A stretch of 57,250 nt of DNA from Bifidobacterium breve (lineage in GTDB: Bacteria; Acidobacteriota; Vicinamibacteria; Vicinamibacterales; CAVVIG01). The notes under the pieces are model-generated. The model was not told the origin of the DNA and made no database searches. It saw only the letters and a program-made list of their open reading frames with translations. The position numbers and the translations under genes were made by a program. The stretch is from positions 1-57,250 of the forward strand of contig CALQBJ020000001.1 in NCBI GenBank assembly GCA_943328785.2. Direction: 5' to 3'. Every line of letters begins with the position of its first letter. The stretch's first letter is position 1. Of this stretch, positions 10,862-19,932 are shown in pieces.

Positions 10862-13126
10862 TTACGAGCAGTGGGCTGGCGCCCACTGCTCGATGACGGC
10901 ACGAAGCTGGGCCTGGGTGTACGGCTTCGTGAGCAGGTCGTCCATCCCCGCCTGCAGACAGTTCTCGAAGTCTCCTGGCAGCGCGCTGGCGGTCAGGGCT
11001 ATGACTGGCACACGGGTGCGGCCAGCCTCCCGGCGGCGGATTTCACGAGACGCATCCTCGCCTCCCATGACCGGCATCTGCAGGTCCATCAGCACGACGT
11101 CGAACGACTCTGCGTCCAGCACCTCGAGCGCCAGCAGCCCGTTGGCGGCGTTCTGTACTTTGCACCCGAGATTGCGAAGCATGGCCTTCGCCAGCATCGT
11201 GTTCACCGGGTTGTCTTCCACGAGCAGGATACGAAGCCCGAGCCCCTCCGCCTGACGTAACGGCATCAGCGCGGCCGGTGCAGCGGCTTCAGGCCCGATG
11301 GCCCCTTCGCCGGCTGCCCAGTCGAACGGCAACTCTACCCAGAACGTCGACCCCTTGCCCGGTTCGCTCTCGACACCACAGGTGCCCTGCATCTGCTCGG
11401 TCAGCTCCCTGGCAATGGCGAGCCCCAGACCGGTGCCACCGTACAGCCTCGTCGTCGAACTTTCCGTCTGCACGAAGGGCTCGAAGATGCGGTCGCGATT
11501 GGCGGCGGCGATGCCGATGCCGGTGTCCTGCACCTCGAAGCGGACGCGGCAGTGCGCGTCCGACTGCTCGACGACCAGGACGCGCACGGTAACGTGCCCC
11601 TGCGGGGTGAACTTGATGGCGTTGGCGACGATGTTGGCCAGCACCTGACGCAGGCGCACCACGTCGCCCCAGACGGCACGCCGTTCATCCGTGGGCAGTT
11701 CAGACGTGAGCAACAGGCCCTTGCTCTCGGCGCGTTCCTGTAGCGGCGCCAGCACATCGTGCACGGCCTCGTTGAACGTGAAGACGATGCGCTCGAGCTC
11801 GACCTTTCCGGCTTCGATCTTCGAGAAGTCGAGGATGTCGTTGATGAGGCTCAGCAGCGAGTTGGCCGACCGATGGATGGTCGTCGCGAACTGCCGCTGT
11901 GTCGAGGAGAGCGAGGTGCCGAGCAGCAGCTCGGTCATGCCCAGCACGCCGTTCATCGGCGTGCGGATTTCGTGACTGACCTTGGCCAGAAACTCGGTCT
12001 TGGCCCGGCTGGCGGCTTCTGCCAGCACACCGGTGCGTTCGAGCTCGGCCGCCTGGTGTCGCAGGCTGGACGTCATGTCATTCAGCGCCTCGGCCAGCAC
12101 GCCGAGTTCGTCGGTGCGATCGAGCGTGAACTCGCTCTCCAGGTCGCCAGCCCGAATGCGTTCCGCGGCGACCGTCAACTGCTCGACGGGCCTAGTGAAA
12201 CTGACCACCACGAACAGCAGCAGACCCACGATGATTCCGGTGAAGACGATGCGGCTTACCCACAACGCGACATACAGTTCATGCACATCGGCCAGCGCTT
12301 CCGCAGCCGGCGCCTCGGTCACGACGTGCCAGCCGGCCACAGGGATGGACGCCGTCGCGGTGAGCAGTTCATCGTCGGGCAGCTGCCGGATCTCGACGCG
12401 ACCCGCGCCCGTTTCGTCGGAGGGCTGCCAATAGGCAAGACGCTGACCTCGTGCGCTGGGGCGCGTGGACGCCACGACCTCGCCGCGACCATCGACGAGA
12501 TGCGCTTCGCCCCCGACCGAAGGCAGGCCGCGCGCCAGCGACTGCGCCACGGTCGCGCTCGAGACCGGAATCGCGCCGATGAGCACGCCAACTCGCTCCT
12601 GCTGCTGGTCGAACAGCGCCACCGCCACCAGCACCTCGTCCGCGCCCTGCGCGCGCTCGACGACGAACGCATGGTCGGCGTCGGGCTGGCGCGCGAGGGC
12701 CGTCTGCACGCGCGGCCACGCGGCATACGTGGCGTCGAGACGGCTGATGTCCGGCGGCTCGCTCCAGATGATCTGGCCGGTACCGTTCACCAGCACGACG
12801 CCGCCCGTGAACACGTCCGACTCGAAGAACAGGTAGTGAAGCGTGGTCCAGGCCGGAATCTGCCGCACCTTGCGCTCCTGTTCCTGCAACGGCAGTCCAT
12901 AGGCGAGGGCGGGCAAGGCGGCGACGGTCCGAAGACGGTCGAGGCCTCGCGTGAACAGCTGCTCGATGTCGGCCGCGGTATCGTCGACGCCGCGACGCCG
13001 GGCGTCGAATACACGGCTGCGCTCGGCGCCGAAGTACAACTGCCCGAGCGCTATCGAGGACGCCACGCCGGCGAGCATGATCAGCGCAACCACGATGTAC
13101 GCCTGGTGCTTCAGCCCAAGCTTCAT
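10862..13126 (-). CDS. Hybrid sensor histidine kinase / response regulator
   Basis: TM, periplasmic sensor and TM, then a HAMP-like linker, H-box 'SHEIRTPMNG', ATPase boxes 'QDTGIGI' and 'GGTGLGLAI', and a C-terminal receiver ('ILLVEDNPVN', 'DVVLMDLQMP'). ATGA overlap with the upstream cupredoxin gene. Confidence 0.88.
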   Translation of the reverse strand: MKLGLKHQAYIVVALIMLAGVASSIALGQLYFGAERSRVFDARRRGVDDTAADIEQLFTRGLDRLRTVAALPALAYGLPLQEQERKVRQIPAWTTLHYLFFESDVFTGGVVLVNGTGQIIWSEPPDISRLDATYAAWPRVQTALARQPDADHAFVVERAQGADEVLVAVALFDQQQERVGVLIGAIPVSSATVAQSLARGLPSVGGEAHLVDGRGEVVASTRPSARGQRLAYWQPSDETGAGRVEIRQLPDDELLTATASIPVAGWHVVTEAPAAEALADVHELYVALWVSRIVFTGIIVGLLLFVVVSFTRPVEQLTVAAERIRAGDLESEFTLDRTDELGVLAEALNDMTSSLRHQAAELERTGVLAEAASRAKTEFLAKVSHEIRTPMNGVLGMTELLLGTSLSSTQRQFATTIHRSANSLLSLINDILDFSKIEAGKVELERIVFTFNEAVHDVLAPLQERAESKGLLLTSELPTDERRAVWGDVVRLRQVLANIVANAIKFTPQGHVTVRVLVVEQSDAHCRVRFEVQDTGIGIAAANRDRIFEPFVQTESSTTRLYGGTGLGLAIARELTEQMQGTCGVESEPGKGSTFWVELPFDWAAGEGAIGPEAAAPAALMPLRQAEGLGLRILLVEDNPVNTMLAKAMLRNLGCKVQNAANGLLALEVLDAESFDVVLMDLQMPVMGGEDASREIRRREAGRTRVPVIALTASALPGDFENCLQAGMDDLLTKPYTQAQLRAVIEQWAPAHCS

Positions 13127-13743
13127 TTGCCCAACTCGAAATTCAGCGGCGCCGGCGGCCCGGCTGAAACCCTCACGGTGGCTCGAACGGACTTTGCGCG
13201 TTCATGCCACGCAATGACCTCGTACTGGCCCGGCGCCACGTCCGGAATCAGGAAGTGCCCGTCCTTGTCGCTCACGGCGAAGTAGGGCGTTTCCGTGACG
13301 ATGACGTATGCCGACATCTCCGCGTGCACGTTGCACAGGAGCGTGATGATGCCGGGGGTATCGAACGTCCGGTTGCGGCTCGATCCGAGCGGATACGACC
13401 CCAGATCGAAGTTGTCGGCCTTGGTCGGCGAGAACACGTTGTGCCGCACTTCGTCGCTGTTGGGGAAGGCGACGCGTGTGCCGGCGAGCACCGCAATCAC
13501 GTGTGGCTGGAACGCCAGGTTCCGCTGGTCCACATTGACGGCCGCTGCGGGCGGAGTGAACGTCTTCCCGGGAATCTTCGCGAGGTAGATCACCGCATCG
13601 CGATAGTCGCGAGCGCGGGCAATGGTAACGCGCCCCTCGATGCCGTCCGCGAACGCGAGGGCCGGGCACAACACCAGCGCCACTGCCGCGAAGGCACGTC
13701 GCGACCCGAACAGGGGAGACACGGTGGCAGCGGTCCAGTTCAT
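13123..13743 (-). CDS. Secreted cupredoxin-like protein with C-terminal Ig/CarboxypepD_reg-like domain
   Basis: Signal peptide. Candidate type-1 Cu ligands are 'HNVF' His plus 'CNVHAEM' (C-x2-H-x2-M spacing, as in amicyanin). C-terminal 'DKDGHFLIPDVAPGQYEVIAWHE' is a beta-sandwich-like motif. Confidence 0.7.
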   Translation of the reverse strand: MNWTAATVSPLFGSRRAFAAVALVLCPALAFADGIEGRVTIARARDYRDAVIYLAKIPGKTFTPPAAAVNVDQRNLAFQPHVIAVLAGTRVAFPNSDEVRHNVFSPTKADNFDLGSYPLGSSRNRTFDTPGIITLLCNVHAEMSAYVIVTETPYFAVSDKDGHFLIPDVAPGQYEVIAWHERAKSVRATVRVSAGPPAPLNFELGK

Positions 13744-13751
13744 CGTCGTGC

Positions 13752-15041
13752 CTAGAACAGGACTTCCAGCCGGACGACTCCGTCATTGGCGTTGACCCGG
13801 GCACCTGACGCCGAACGCGCGTCGCTGTAGAAGCGGCCTTCCGCCAGCACACGCACGTTCGCACGCACCAGCAGGCTCAGCGAGGGTACAAGCACCAGCA
13901 CGTTCTGCCGGTCGGAGAACGTCGTCTTCTCCATGCGCACCGTGGGCATCACCCAGGGCAGCAGCAGATAGTCGGCCTGGACCATCGACGCCCGCGCCGT
14001 GACCGTGCGCGACGCGCTGCCGAGCAGTTCATCGGTGCCACGGGCATGGGCGCCGAACACATTGAGCTTGCCGAACCAGACGTCGGCCTTGACGCCGGTC
14101 CGGGTGAAGCGATCTTCGATGACGCCGGTGATGGTGGGCTGTGCCCGGCCGGTGTACGAGAACGCCCCGAGCGCGAACGAGCGCTCCGTCATGGACGCGC
14201 CGGAGCCCGCGGACGAGTCACCGCGCGGTCCCACCACGCCGAGGCCGGAGACCTTGTACGACACCGCCCCGTAGTAGTCCTTGAAGTTGTTGTTCTCGGC
14301 CCGTCCGGCCGTCCCCTGGACGACACCGACGGCATACTCGAGTCCCCCGTGGTCATGCGGGCCGGTCACGCCTCCCCACGCTTCGATGCCGGCATCCCTG
14401 TCCCGTAGCCCGAACGCGCCGGTGACCGGCCGGAAGTCCGAGACGTTGAGCGCCAGCGAGCCCGCCTTCTTGAAGGTGTTCGAGAACGGTTCCGCGCGGG
14501 TCTCGATCCGGCCGACCTTCAACATAAGCGGATTGCGCCCAGGCCTGTCTGGCGACAACCGGAACTGCACGTAGGCCCGGTCGATGGACACGGTGCCGGC
14601 CGCCCCGGAAATGAAGATGTTGCCGAAGAACGAAATGCCCGCGCCCTCCGAGCCGGCGAAGTAGACGTTCACCCCGCTGGGGAAGTTGAAGTTGAGCTTC
14701 ACGGCGTTCGCGGGTTGCAGACCGGCTTCCGACGAGACACGCATCGCAATCGGCGGGAGACCGGGAATCGACCCCGGCCACACGGCCTTCGGCCACAACT
14801 GCTTCCATGCTGGTGCGCCGAGTGCCGTGTCGGGCGTCGTGACGAGCTTCTCTTCACCGAGCGGAATGCGGTAGCCGTTGTTGCGGAAGGCGATGCCGAA
14901 CGCGTTCAGCTTCGGTTCCACCACGTGGCAGGTCGTGCACGCCGTCTGGTAACGGCGCGCAAAGACGGGAATGGCCAGACTCGGAGCTGCCAGCCCGAGC
15001 ACGAACCCGATAGCGAGGCAGGCGCGAAGCGTGTTCTTCAT
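13752..15041 (-). CDS. Outer-membrane beta-barrel protein with N-terminal CxxCH motif
   Basis: Start taken at MKNTLRACLAIGFVLGLAAPSLA (signal peptide); the ORF extends to 15161. 'FARRYQTACTTCHVVEPKLNAFG' contains CTTCH. The remainder is Gly/aromatic-rich alternating strands ending 'VVRLEVLF'. Confidence 0.65.
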   Translation of the reverse strand: MKNTLRACLAIGFVLGLAAPSLAIPVFARRYQTACTTCHVVEPKLNAFGIAFRNNGYRIPLGEEKLVTTPDTALGAPAWKQLWPKAVWPGSIPGLPPIAMRVSSEAGLQPANAVKLNFNFPSGVNVYFAGSEGAGISFFGNIFISGAAGTVSIDRAYVQFRLSPDRPGRNPLMLKVGRIETRAEPFSNTFKKAGSLALNVSDFRPVTGAFGLRDRDAGIEAWGGVTGPHDHGGLEYAVGVVQGTAGRAENNNFKDYYGAVSYKVSGLGVVGPRGDSSAGSGASMTERSFALGAFSYTGRAQPTITGVIEDRFTRTGVKADVWFGKLNVFGAHARGTDELLGSASRTVTARASMVQADYLLLPWVMPTVRMEKTTFSDRQNVLVLVPSLSLLVRANVRVLAEGRFYSDARSASGARVNANDGVVRLEVLF

Positions 15042-15141
15042 CAGATAGTCGTCCCGAATCCCTAATCGGCAGACGGACGACGACCTGTGATGCACACCGG
15101 CCCGGCACGTGCACGGGAGGGAAAGCCAAGGCGGGGGAACG

Positions 15142-16464
15142 TCAATCGATGACGGTACCACAGACGGTGGGGGAGGTCTCGGTCAACTGAACGCGCACCC
15201 ACTCATTCCGGTGATGGCCTGGTGGGATGCGGACCTTCAGGTAGTTGCCGGTGACGGCCAGCGTGCCGTCTTCGAGCGTCAGCGCCCGGTGCACTGTGCC
15301 ACGCTGCGACTCGAGGAATCGCCGCGTCAGGCGCGCGCCGATTTCGCGCAACTGGCGTCCCCGCTCTTTCACCACGATGCCAGCGGGCCGATCCGCCATC
15401 CTGGACGCGGCCGTTCCGGGCCTGTCGGAGTAGGGGAAGACGTGCAGGTGGGTCAGCGGCGACGCCTCGAGGTACCGCACCAGTTGCTCGAAGTCGTCGT
15501 CGGATTCGCCTGGAAAGCCGACGATCAGATCGGAGCCGATGGATGCCTCGGGGATGTCGCGCCGGATCCTCTCAACCAGACGTCCGTAGTACGCCACGTC
15601 GTACGGCCGCCGCATGGCCGCCAGCATGCGCGGGCTGGCGTGCTGGAGCGGCAGATGGAAGTGCGGCGCAAAGCAGTTCGAGTCGCGCACCAGCTCGACG
15701 ACGCGATCGGAGCAGTCCATCGGCTCGAGAGAACTGAGTCGGAAGAGGACGCGGGGCGATTCGCCCCCGCGCGCGTTGCCATAGGCGTGGCGCAGGGCGG
15801 TCAGCAGATCTGGCAAGGTGGCCGGCGACTGCAGGTCGCGTCCGTACGACCCCAGATGGACACCGGTCAGGGCCACTTCCCTGAAGCCGGCCGCGACGAT
15901 GCGCGACACCTCGGCGAGCACCTGCTCGATTGGCACGCTGCGCGGGGCGCCTCGCGTCTCGGGAATGATGCAGTAAGTGCAGGGTTCGGCGCAGCCGGTC
16001 TGCACCCGCAGCGTGAACGCCGTCCGTCCCGCCACGCCTGGCTCGACCGTGGCGCCGCAGCCACCGTCACCATCGCCGAACCGTTCAGCGGTGGTGAGGG
16101 CGCCGAACCGGGCGTCCTCGCTGGCCAGAGCGCGGACGAACGACAGCACCTGCGGTTTGTTGTCGTTGCAGACGACACGCGCCACATTCGGCAGCGCCGC
16201 AACCTCGGCGGGCTCGCGAGTGGCGTAGCACCCGGTGACCACGATACGTGCAGCGGGATTGAGGCGGGCGATCCGGCGTATGGTCTGGCGTCCGCCCTGG
16301 TCCGCAGTCGCCGTCACCGAGCAGGTGTTGACCACGACGACATCCGCCGCCTCCGCAGGAGCCGGCTCCGCACCGGCCGCCAGGAACTGTTCCTCGAACC
16401 CGAGTGAGTCGGACTGATTGACGCGGCAGCCGAAGGTGACGACGGCGTACTTCACCGGGGGCAT
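15142..16464 (-). CDS. mtaB: MiaB/MtaB-family tRNA methylthiotransferase (MtaB-like)
   Basis: UPF0004 N-domain 'VVTFGCRVNQSDS', radical-SAM 'CAEPCTYC' and a TRAM-like C-terminus. Confidence 0.82.
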   Translation of the reverse strand: MPPVKYAVVTFGCRVNQSDSLGFEEQFLAAGAEPAPAEAADVVVVNTCSVTATADQGGRQTIRRIARLNPAARIVVTGCYATREPAEVAALPNVARVVCNDNKPQVLSFVRALASEDARFGALTTAERFGDGDGGCGATVEPGVAGRTAFTLRVQTGCAEPCTYCIIPETRGAPRSVPIEQVLAEVSRIVAAGFREVALTGVHLGSYGRDLQSPATLPDLLTALRHAYGNARGGESPRVLFRLSSLEPMDCSDRVVELVRDSNCFAPHFHLPLQHASPRMLAAMRRPYDVAYYGRLVERIRRDIPEASIGSDLIVGFPGESDDDFEQLVRYLEASPLTHLHVFPYSDRPGTAASRMADRPAGIVVKERGRQLREIGARLTRRFLESQRGTVHRALTLEDGTLAVTGNYLKVRIPPGHHRNEWVRVQLTETSPTVCGTVID

Positions 16465-16485
16465 TCGTGAATCAGTCAGGCGCCG

Positions 16486-17763
16486 TCAGGCCTGCGCCTG
16501 ACGCGCCTTGCGTCCGATGTCCGTGCGGTACTGGATGCCGTCGAAGCTGATGGCGCGGACACCGGCATAGGCCCCGGCAATCGCCTCGGCGAAGCCGGCG
16601 CCTCTGGCCACCACGGTCAGCACACGGCCCCCTGCTGTGACGATGGCACCGTCGCTGGCGGCCGTTCCAGCGTGGCGAACCATCGCGCCCAGCCGCTCGG
16701 CGTCGGCGATACCGGCAATCACCTGGCCGGACTCCGACGAATCGGGATAGCCGCGAGACGCGAGGACCACGCCGACGATCGACTCGGTCGTCATCGCGCA
16801 CGACGCCTGCGTCAGTCGCCCTTCCGCGGCGGCGACGAACAGCGGCGTCAGCGGTTCCGCGATACGCGGCAGGATAACCTGCGCCTCGGGATCGCCCAGC
16901 CGGACGTTGAACTCAATGACTTTCGGCCCCGCGGAGGTCAGCATCAGCCCGACGTAGAGGAAGCCCTTGAAGGGGTGCCCCTCCGCCGCCATACCGGCCA
17001 CAACCGGCTCGACGATCTCGCGCATCACACGTGCGTGCAGCAGGGCGTCAACCAACGGGCTCGGGGCAAAGGCGCCCATCCCGCCGGTATTCGGGCCAAG
17101 GTCGTTGTCGAAGATGCGCTTGTGGTCCTGGGCGGTGCCGATGGGCAGCGCCCGCTCGCCATCGCACAGCACGAAGAACGACACCTCGGGTCCGGTGAGG
17201 CACTCCTCTATTACCAGCCGTTCGCCGGCGCGCCCGAAGCGGCCGCCGGTCATCGCCGCTGCAATCGCCTCTTCCGCCTCGGCCAGCGTCTGGGCAATGA
17301 CGACGCCCTTGCCGGCAGCCAGCCCATCCGCCTTGAGCACGACCGGGAACCCGAACGAGCCGCCTCGCACCACGGCGAGGGCATCACCAGCCGACTCAGC
17401 CGTGTGAAATCTGGCGGTGGGAACGCGGTGCCGCTCCATGAAGGCCTTCGCGAAGGCCTTGCTGGTTTCGAGGCGAGCCGCGGCGGCGGTGGGGCCGAGC
17501 AAGACACGACCATCGGCGGCGAAGCGATCGGCAACGCCGACACTGAGCGGCAATTCCGGACCGACGACCGTGAGATCGATCTTCTCCCGGGCTACCAGCT
17601 CTGCCATACTGTCAGGATTCGCGAGGTCAACCGGGTAGACGGGTGCGATTTGGGCAATGCCAGGATTTCCAGGTGCACAGATGACCGTGACGCCGGGATC
17701 GGATGCGAGACGCGCGACGAGTGCGTGCTCGCGCCCACCACTGCCAAGTACGAGAACTCTCAT
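16486..17763 (-). CDS. purD: Phosphoribosylamine--glycine ligase
   Basis: 'MRVLVLGSGGREHAL', ATP-grasp core and 'GPNTGGMG'. Confidence 0.93.
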   Translation of the reverse strand: MRVLVLGSGGREHALVARLASDPGVTVICAPGNPGIAQIAPVYPVDLANPDSMAELVAREKIDLTVVGPELPLSVGVADRFAADGRVLLGPTAAAARLETSKAFAKAFMERHRVPTARFHTAESAGDALAVVRGGSFGFPVVLKADGLAAGKGVVIAQTLAEAEEAIAAAMTGGRFGRAGERLVIEECLTGPEVSFFVLCDGERALPIGTAQDHKRIFDNDLGPNTGGMGAFAPSPLVDALLHARVMREIVEPVVAGMAAEGHPFKGFLYVGLMLTSAGPKVIEFNVRLGDPEAQVILPRIAEPLTPLFVAAAEGRLTQASCAMTTESIVGVVLASRGYPDSSESGQVIAGIADAERLGAMVRHAGTAASDGAIVTAGGRVLTVVARGAGFAEAIAGAYAGVRAISFDGIQYRTDIGRKARQAQA

Positions 17764-17829
17764 TTTTTCAGCGATTTGCGCCGGGCGGCTCCGCGGTACT
17801 TCGACGGAACGCCCGAGGGGAGTATTTCG

Positions 17830-17858
17830 TTGACGCGGTCAGGGTTTGGCCCTAGAAT
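17830..17858 (+). promoter_or_regulatory. Sigma-70-type promoter candidate for rpsU (TTGACG - 17 bp - TAGAAT)
   Basis: Hexamers read directly at 17830-17835 and 17853-17858 with a 17-bp spacer, ~95 nt upstream of the rpsU start. Confidence 0.5.
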
Positions 17859-17951
17859 CCGCCGTTACCGTGATAGCCTAGCATATTTGGTTGTAGCGGC
17901 TATTCATCGTAATAACCGTGATTTGAGCCACCCGAAAGAGGGGTGATTTTC

Positions 17952-18149
17952 GTGGCAGAAGTAAAGATTCAGGAAGGCGAGTCTATCGAGAGCGCTCTTC
18001 GACGCTTCAAGCGGAAGGTGCAGCAGGAAGATATCATCAAGGATATCAAGAAGCACTCCTTCTACCTGAAACCGGGCGACAAGCGTCGCGCCAAGCAGGC
18101 ACTGGCCCGCAAGCGTAATCGGAAGAAGATCCGCCGAGAATCGGAGTAG
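17952..18149 (+). CDS. rpsU: 30S ribosomal protein S21
   Basis: 'AEVKIQEGESIESALRRFKRKV...KKHSFYLKPGDKRR'. GTG start at 17952 preceded by 'GAAAGAGGGG'; the ORF track starts at 17943. Confidence 0.9.
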   Translation: MAEVKIQEGESIESALRRFKRKVQQEDIIKDIKKHSFYLKPGDKRRAKQALARKRNRKKIRRESE

Positions 18150-18173
18150 ACCGACCCAGGCGAGGTGGGACCG

Positions 18174-18482
18174 ATGGAGTTCCAGGACAGGACCCTGACG
18201 TGCGTGGACTGTGGCGCGGATTTCGTCTGGACGGCAGGAGAACAACAGTTCTTCGCCGACAAGAACTTCCAGAACGAACCGAAGCGCTGCAAGTCCTGCA
18301 AGACGAATAGGGCAAACCGCCCGGCCGGCGCTGTCATGGCGCGGGAGCGGGTGGAAACGGTCACCAACTGTTCGGCGTGTGGCAGGGAAACCACCGTGCC
18401 ATTCCGTCCGACGCAGGGTCGACCGGTGTTCTGCAAGGATTGCTTTCAGTCCCGCAAGTTTGCGGGTGCCGGCAGCATCTGA
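18174..18482 (+). CDS. Zinc-ribbon protein (paired CxxC...CxxC modules)
   Basis: Two modules, 'CVDCG...(17)...CKSCK' and 'CSACG...(17)...CKDCF'. ATG at 18174 with 'GAGGTGGG' upstream; the ORF track starts at 18165. Confidence 0.7.
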   Translation: MEFQDRTLTCVDCGADFVWTAGEQQFFADKNFQNEPKRCKSCKTNRANRPAGAVMARERVETVTNCSACGRETTVPFRPTQGRPVFCKDCFQSRKFAGAGSI

Positions 18483-18599
18483 ATTTCGCCGGTTCCTCCT
18501 CGTTGTTAGAGATAAGACGTACCCCTAGGCGCCGGCCAGCGGGCTGTGGCGCGCAGGGTGTGTTAAGCTCACGAGCACGCACACATCTGGAGCGTTTTC

Positions 18600-18950
18600 A
18601 TGCAGATCGAAGAACGAACGGTTGGCGACGTCCTGATCCTCGATGTGAAGGGTCGCATCACCCTCGGTGAAGGGGATGAGATCCTCAAGGACAAGGTGAA
18701 CAGCCTTCTCAACCAGGGGCTGAAGAAGATCGTCCTCAACCTTGCCGAAGTGCCGTACATCGACAGCGCAGGCCTCGGCGAGATTGTGCGGACCTACACC
18801 ACCGTGAGCCGCCAGGGCGGCAGCCTCAAGCTGCTGAGCCTGACCAAGCGGATCACGGACCTACTCGCGATCACAAAGCTGCTGACCGTGTTCGAGACCT
18901 ACGAGTCGGAGAACGAAGCGGTCCAGAGCTTCTCGTCGGCGAAGGTCTAG
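18600..18950 (+). CDS. STAS-domain anti-sigma-factor antagonist
   Basis: SpoIIAA-like length and 'LNLAEVPYIDSAGLGEIV' with the conserved Ser. Confidence 0.85.
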   Translation: MQIEERTVGDVLILDVKGRITLGEGDEILKDKVNSLLNQGLKKIVLNLAEVPYIDSAGLGEIVRTYTTVSRQGGSLKLLSLTKRITDLLAITKLLTVFETYESENEAVQSFSSAKV

Positions 18951-18967
18951 TTCGCCTCCCGCGCTAG

Positions 18968-19930
18968 ATGGCGCGCAGCACCCTTTCGAGCATGACGGTT
19001 CCCGATGTTCCGGCCGACCCCCGGTCTGGGATATCTGGCGTCCGATCTCCGGCGCTCAGCCTGATCCTTTCCCTTCGGCCAGGCCAGTGGACCAAGAATC
19101 TGCTGGTCTTCGCGCCGTTGCTCTTTGCCGTCAAGCTGTTCGACTTCCAGTCCGTCGCACGCGCGACCGGCGGCTTCGCCGTGTTCTGCGCGCTCTCGAG
19201 CGTCGTGTATCTCATCAACGACGTGATGGACCGAGAGGGCGATCGGCAGCACCCTCAGAAGCGGCTGCGACCGATTGCGGCGGGCGACCTCTCCGTGAGC
19301 GCGGCCCTGCTGACCGCTGCCCTGCTCGCAACCACGGCGCTTGCCGGCGCGGCGCTGATGGGCTGGCGCTTTGCCGCCGTGGCCGCCTCGTACGTCGCGC
19401 TCCAGACGCTCTACTCGGTCGCCCTGAAACACATCGTCATCATCGACGCCCTGACGCTGTCGATCGGCTTCGTGCTGCGCGCGATTGCCGGCGCGGTGGT
19501 CATCGACGTCGTGATCAGCCACTGGCTGTTCGTCTGTACTATCCTGCTTGCGCTGTTCATTGCTCTGGCCAAGCGGCGGCATGAACTGGTGCTGCTCGCG
19601 GACGGAGCCGCGAGCCATCGTCCGATTCTCGACGAGTATTCCGCCTATCTTCTCGATCAGATGATCGCCGTCGTCACGGCGTCGACGCTGATTGCATACA
19701 TCTTCTACACGATTAGCCCGGAGACCGAGCAGAAGTTCGGCACGTCGTGGCTGGGCCTTACGATTCCATTTCCGCTCTATGGAATCTTCCGCTACCTGTA
19801 TCTCGTGCATCGGCGCGAGGGTGGCGGCAGCCCGTCAGACCTGTTGCTGAACGACCGTCCACTGCTTGCCTGCGTGACCTTGTGGGTCATCGCGGTGGTG
19901 CTGATCGTCTACCACCCGTTTGTACCCTGA
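18968..19930 (+). CDS. UbiA-family prenyl-phosphate phosphoribosyltransferase-like (DPPR synthase-like)
   Basis: 'RPGQWTKNLLVFAPLLF' and Asp-rich 'NDVMDREGDRQHPQKRLRPIAAG', with multiple hydrophobic segments throughout. Confidence 0.78.
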   Translation: MARSTLSSMTVPDVPADPRSGISGVRSPALSLILSLRPGQWTKNLLVFAPLLFAVKLFDFQSVARATGGFAVFCALSSVVYLINDVMDREGDRQHPQKRLRPIAAGDLSVSAALLTAALLATTALAGAALMGWRFAAVAASYVALQTLYSVALKHIVIIDALTLSIGFVLRAIAGAVVIDVVISHWLFVCTILLALFIALAKRRHELVLLADGAASHRPILDEYSAYLLDQMIAVVTASTLIAYIFYTISPETEQKFGTSWLGLTIPFPLYGIFRYLYLVHRREGGGSPSDLLLNDRPLLACVTLWVIAVVLIVYHPFVP

Positions 19931-19932
19931 CC

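Noticed and set aside
11759-13285. 508-aa plus-strand ORF
   Set aside because: It is antisense to the hybrid histidine kinase and the cupredoxin gene. Its composition is low-complexity (R, G, A, D) with no motifs, so it is a shadow ORF.
17764-17900. Possible ZTP (pfl) or other purine riboswitch in the purD leader
   Set aside because: The minus strand contains 'CCGCCCGGCGCA' and 'CTCGGGCG', which vaguely recall the pfl 3' pseudoknot strand. The conserved 5' 'GGGUCGUGACUGGCG' core is absent. An Infernal scan would settle it.
19747-19932. Upstream extension of the repeat-protein ORF
   Set aside because: It overlaps the last 60 codons of the UbiA-family gene in another frame. The ATG at 19933, 3 nt after that gene's stop, fits the tight coupling seen through the whole cluster.
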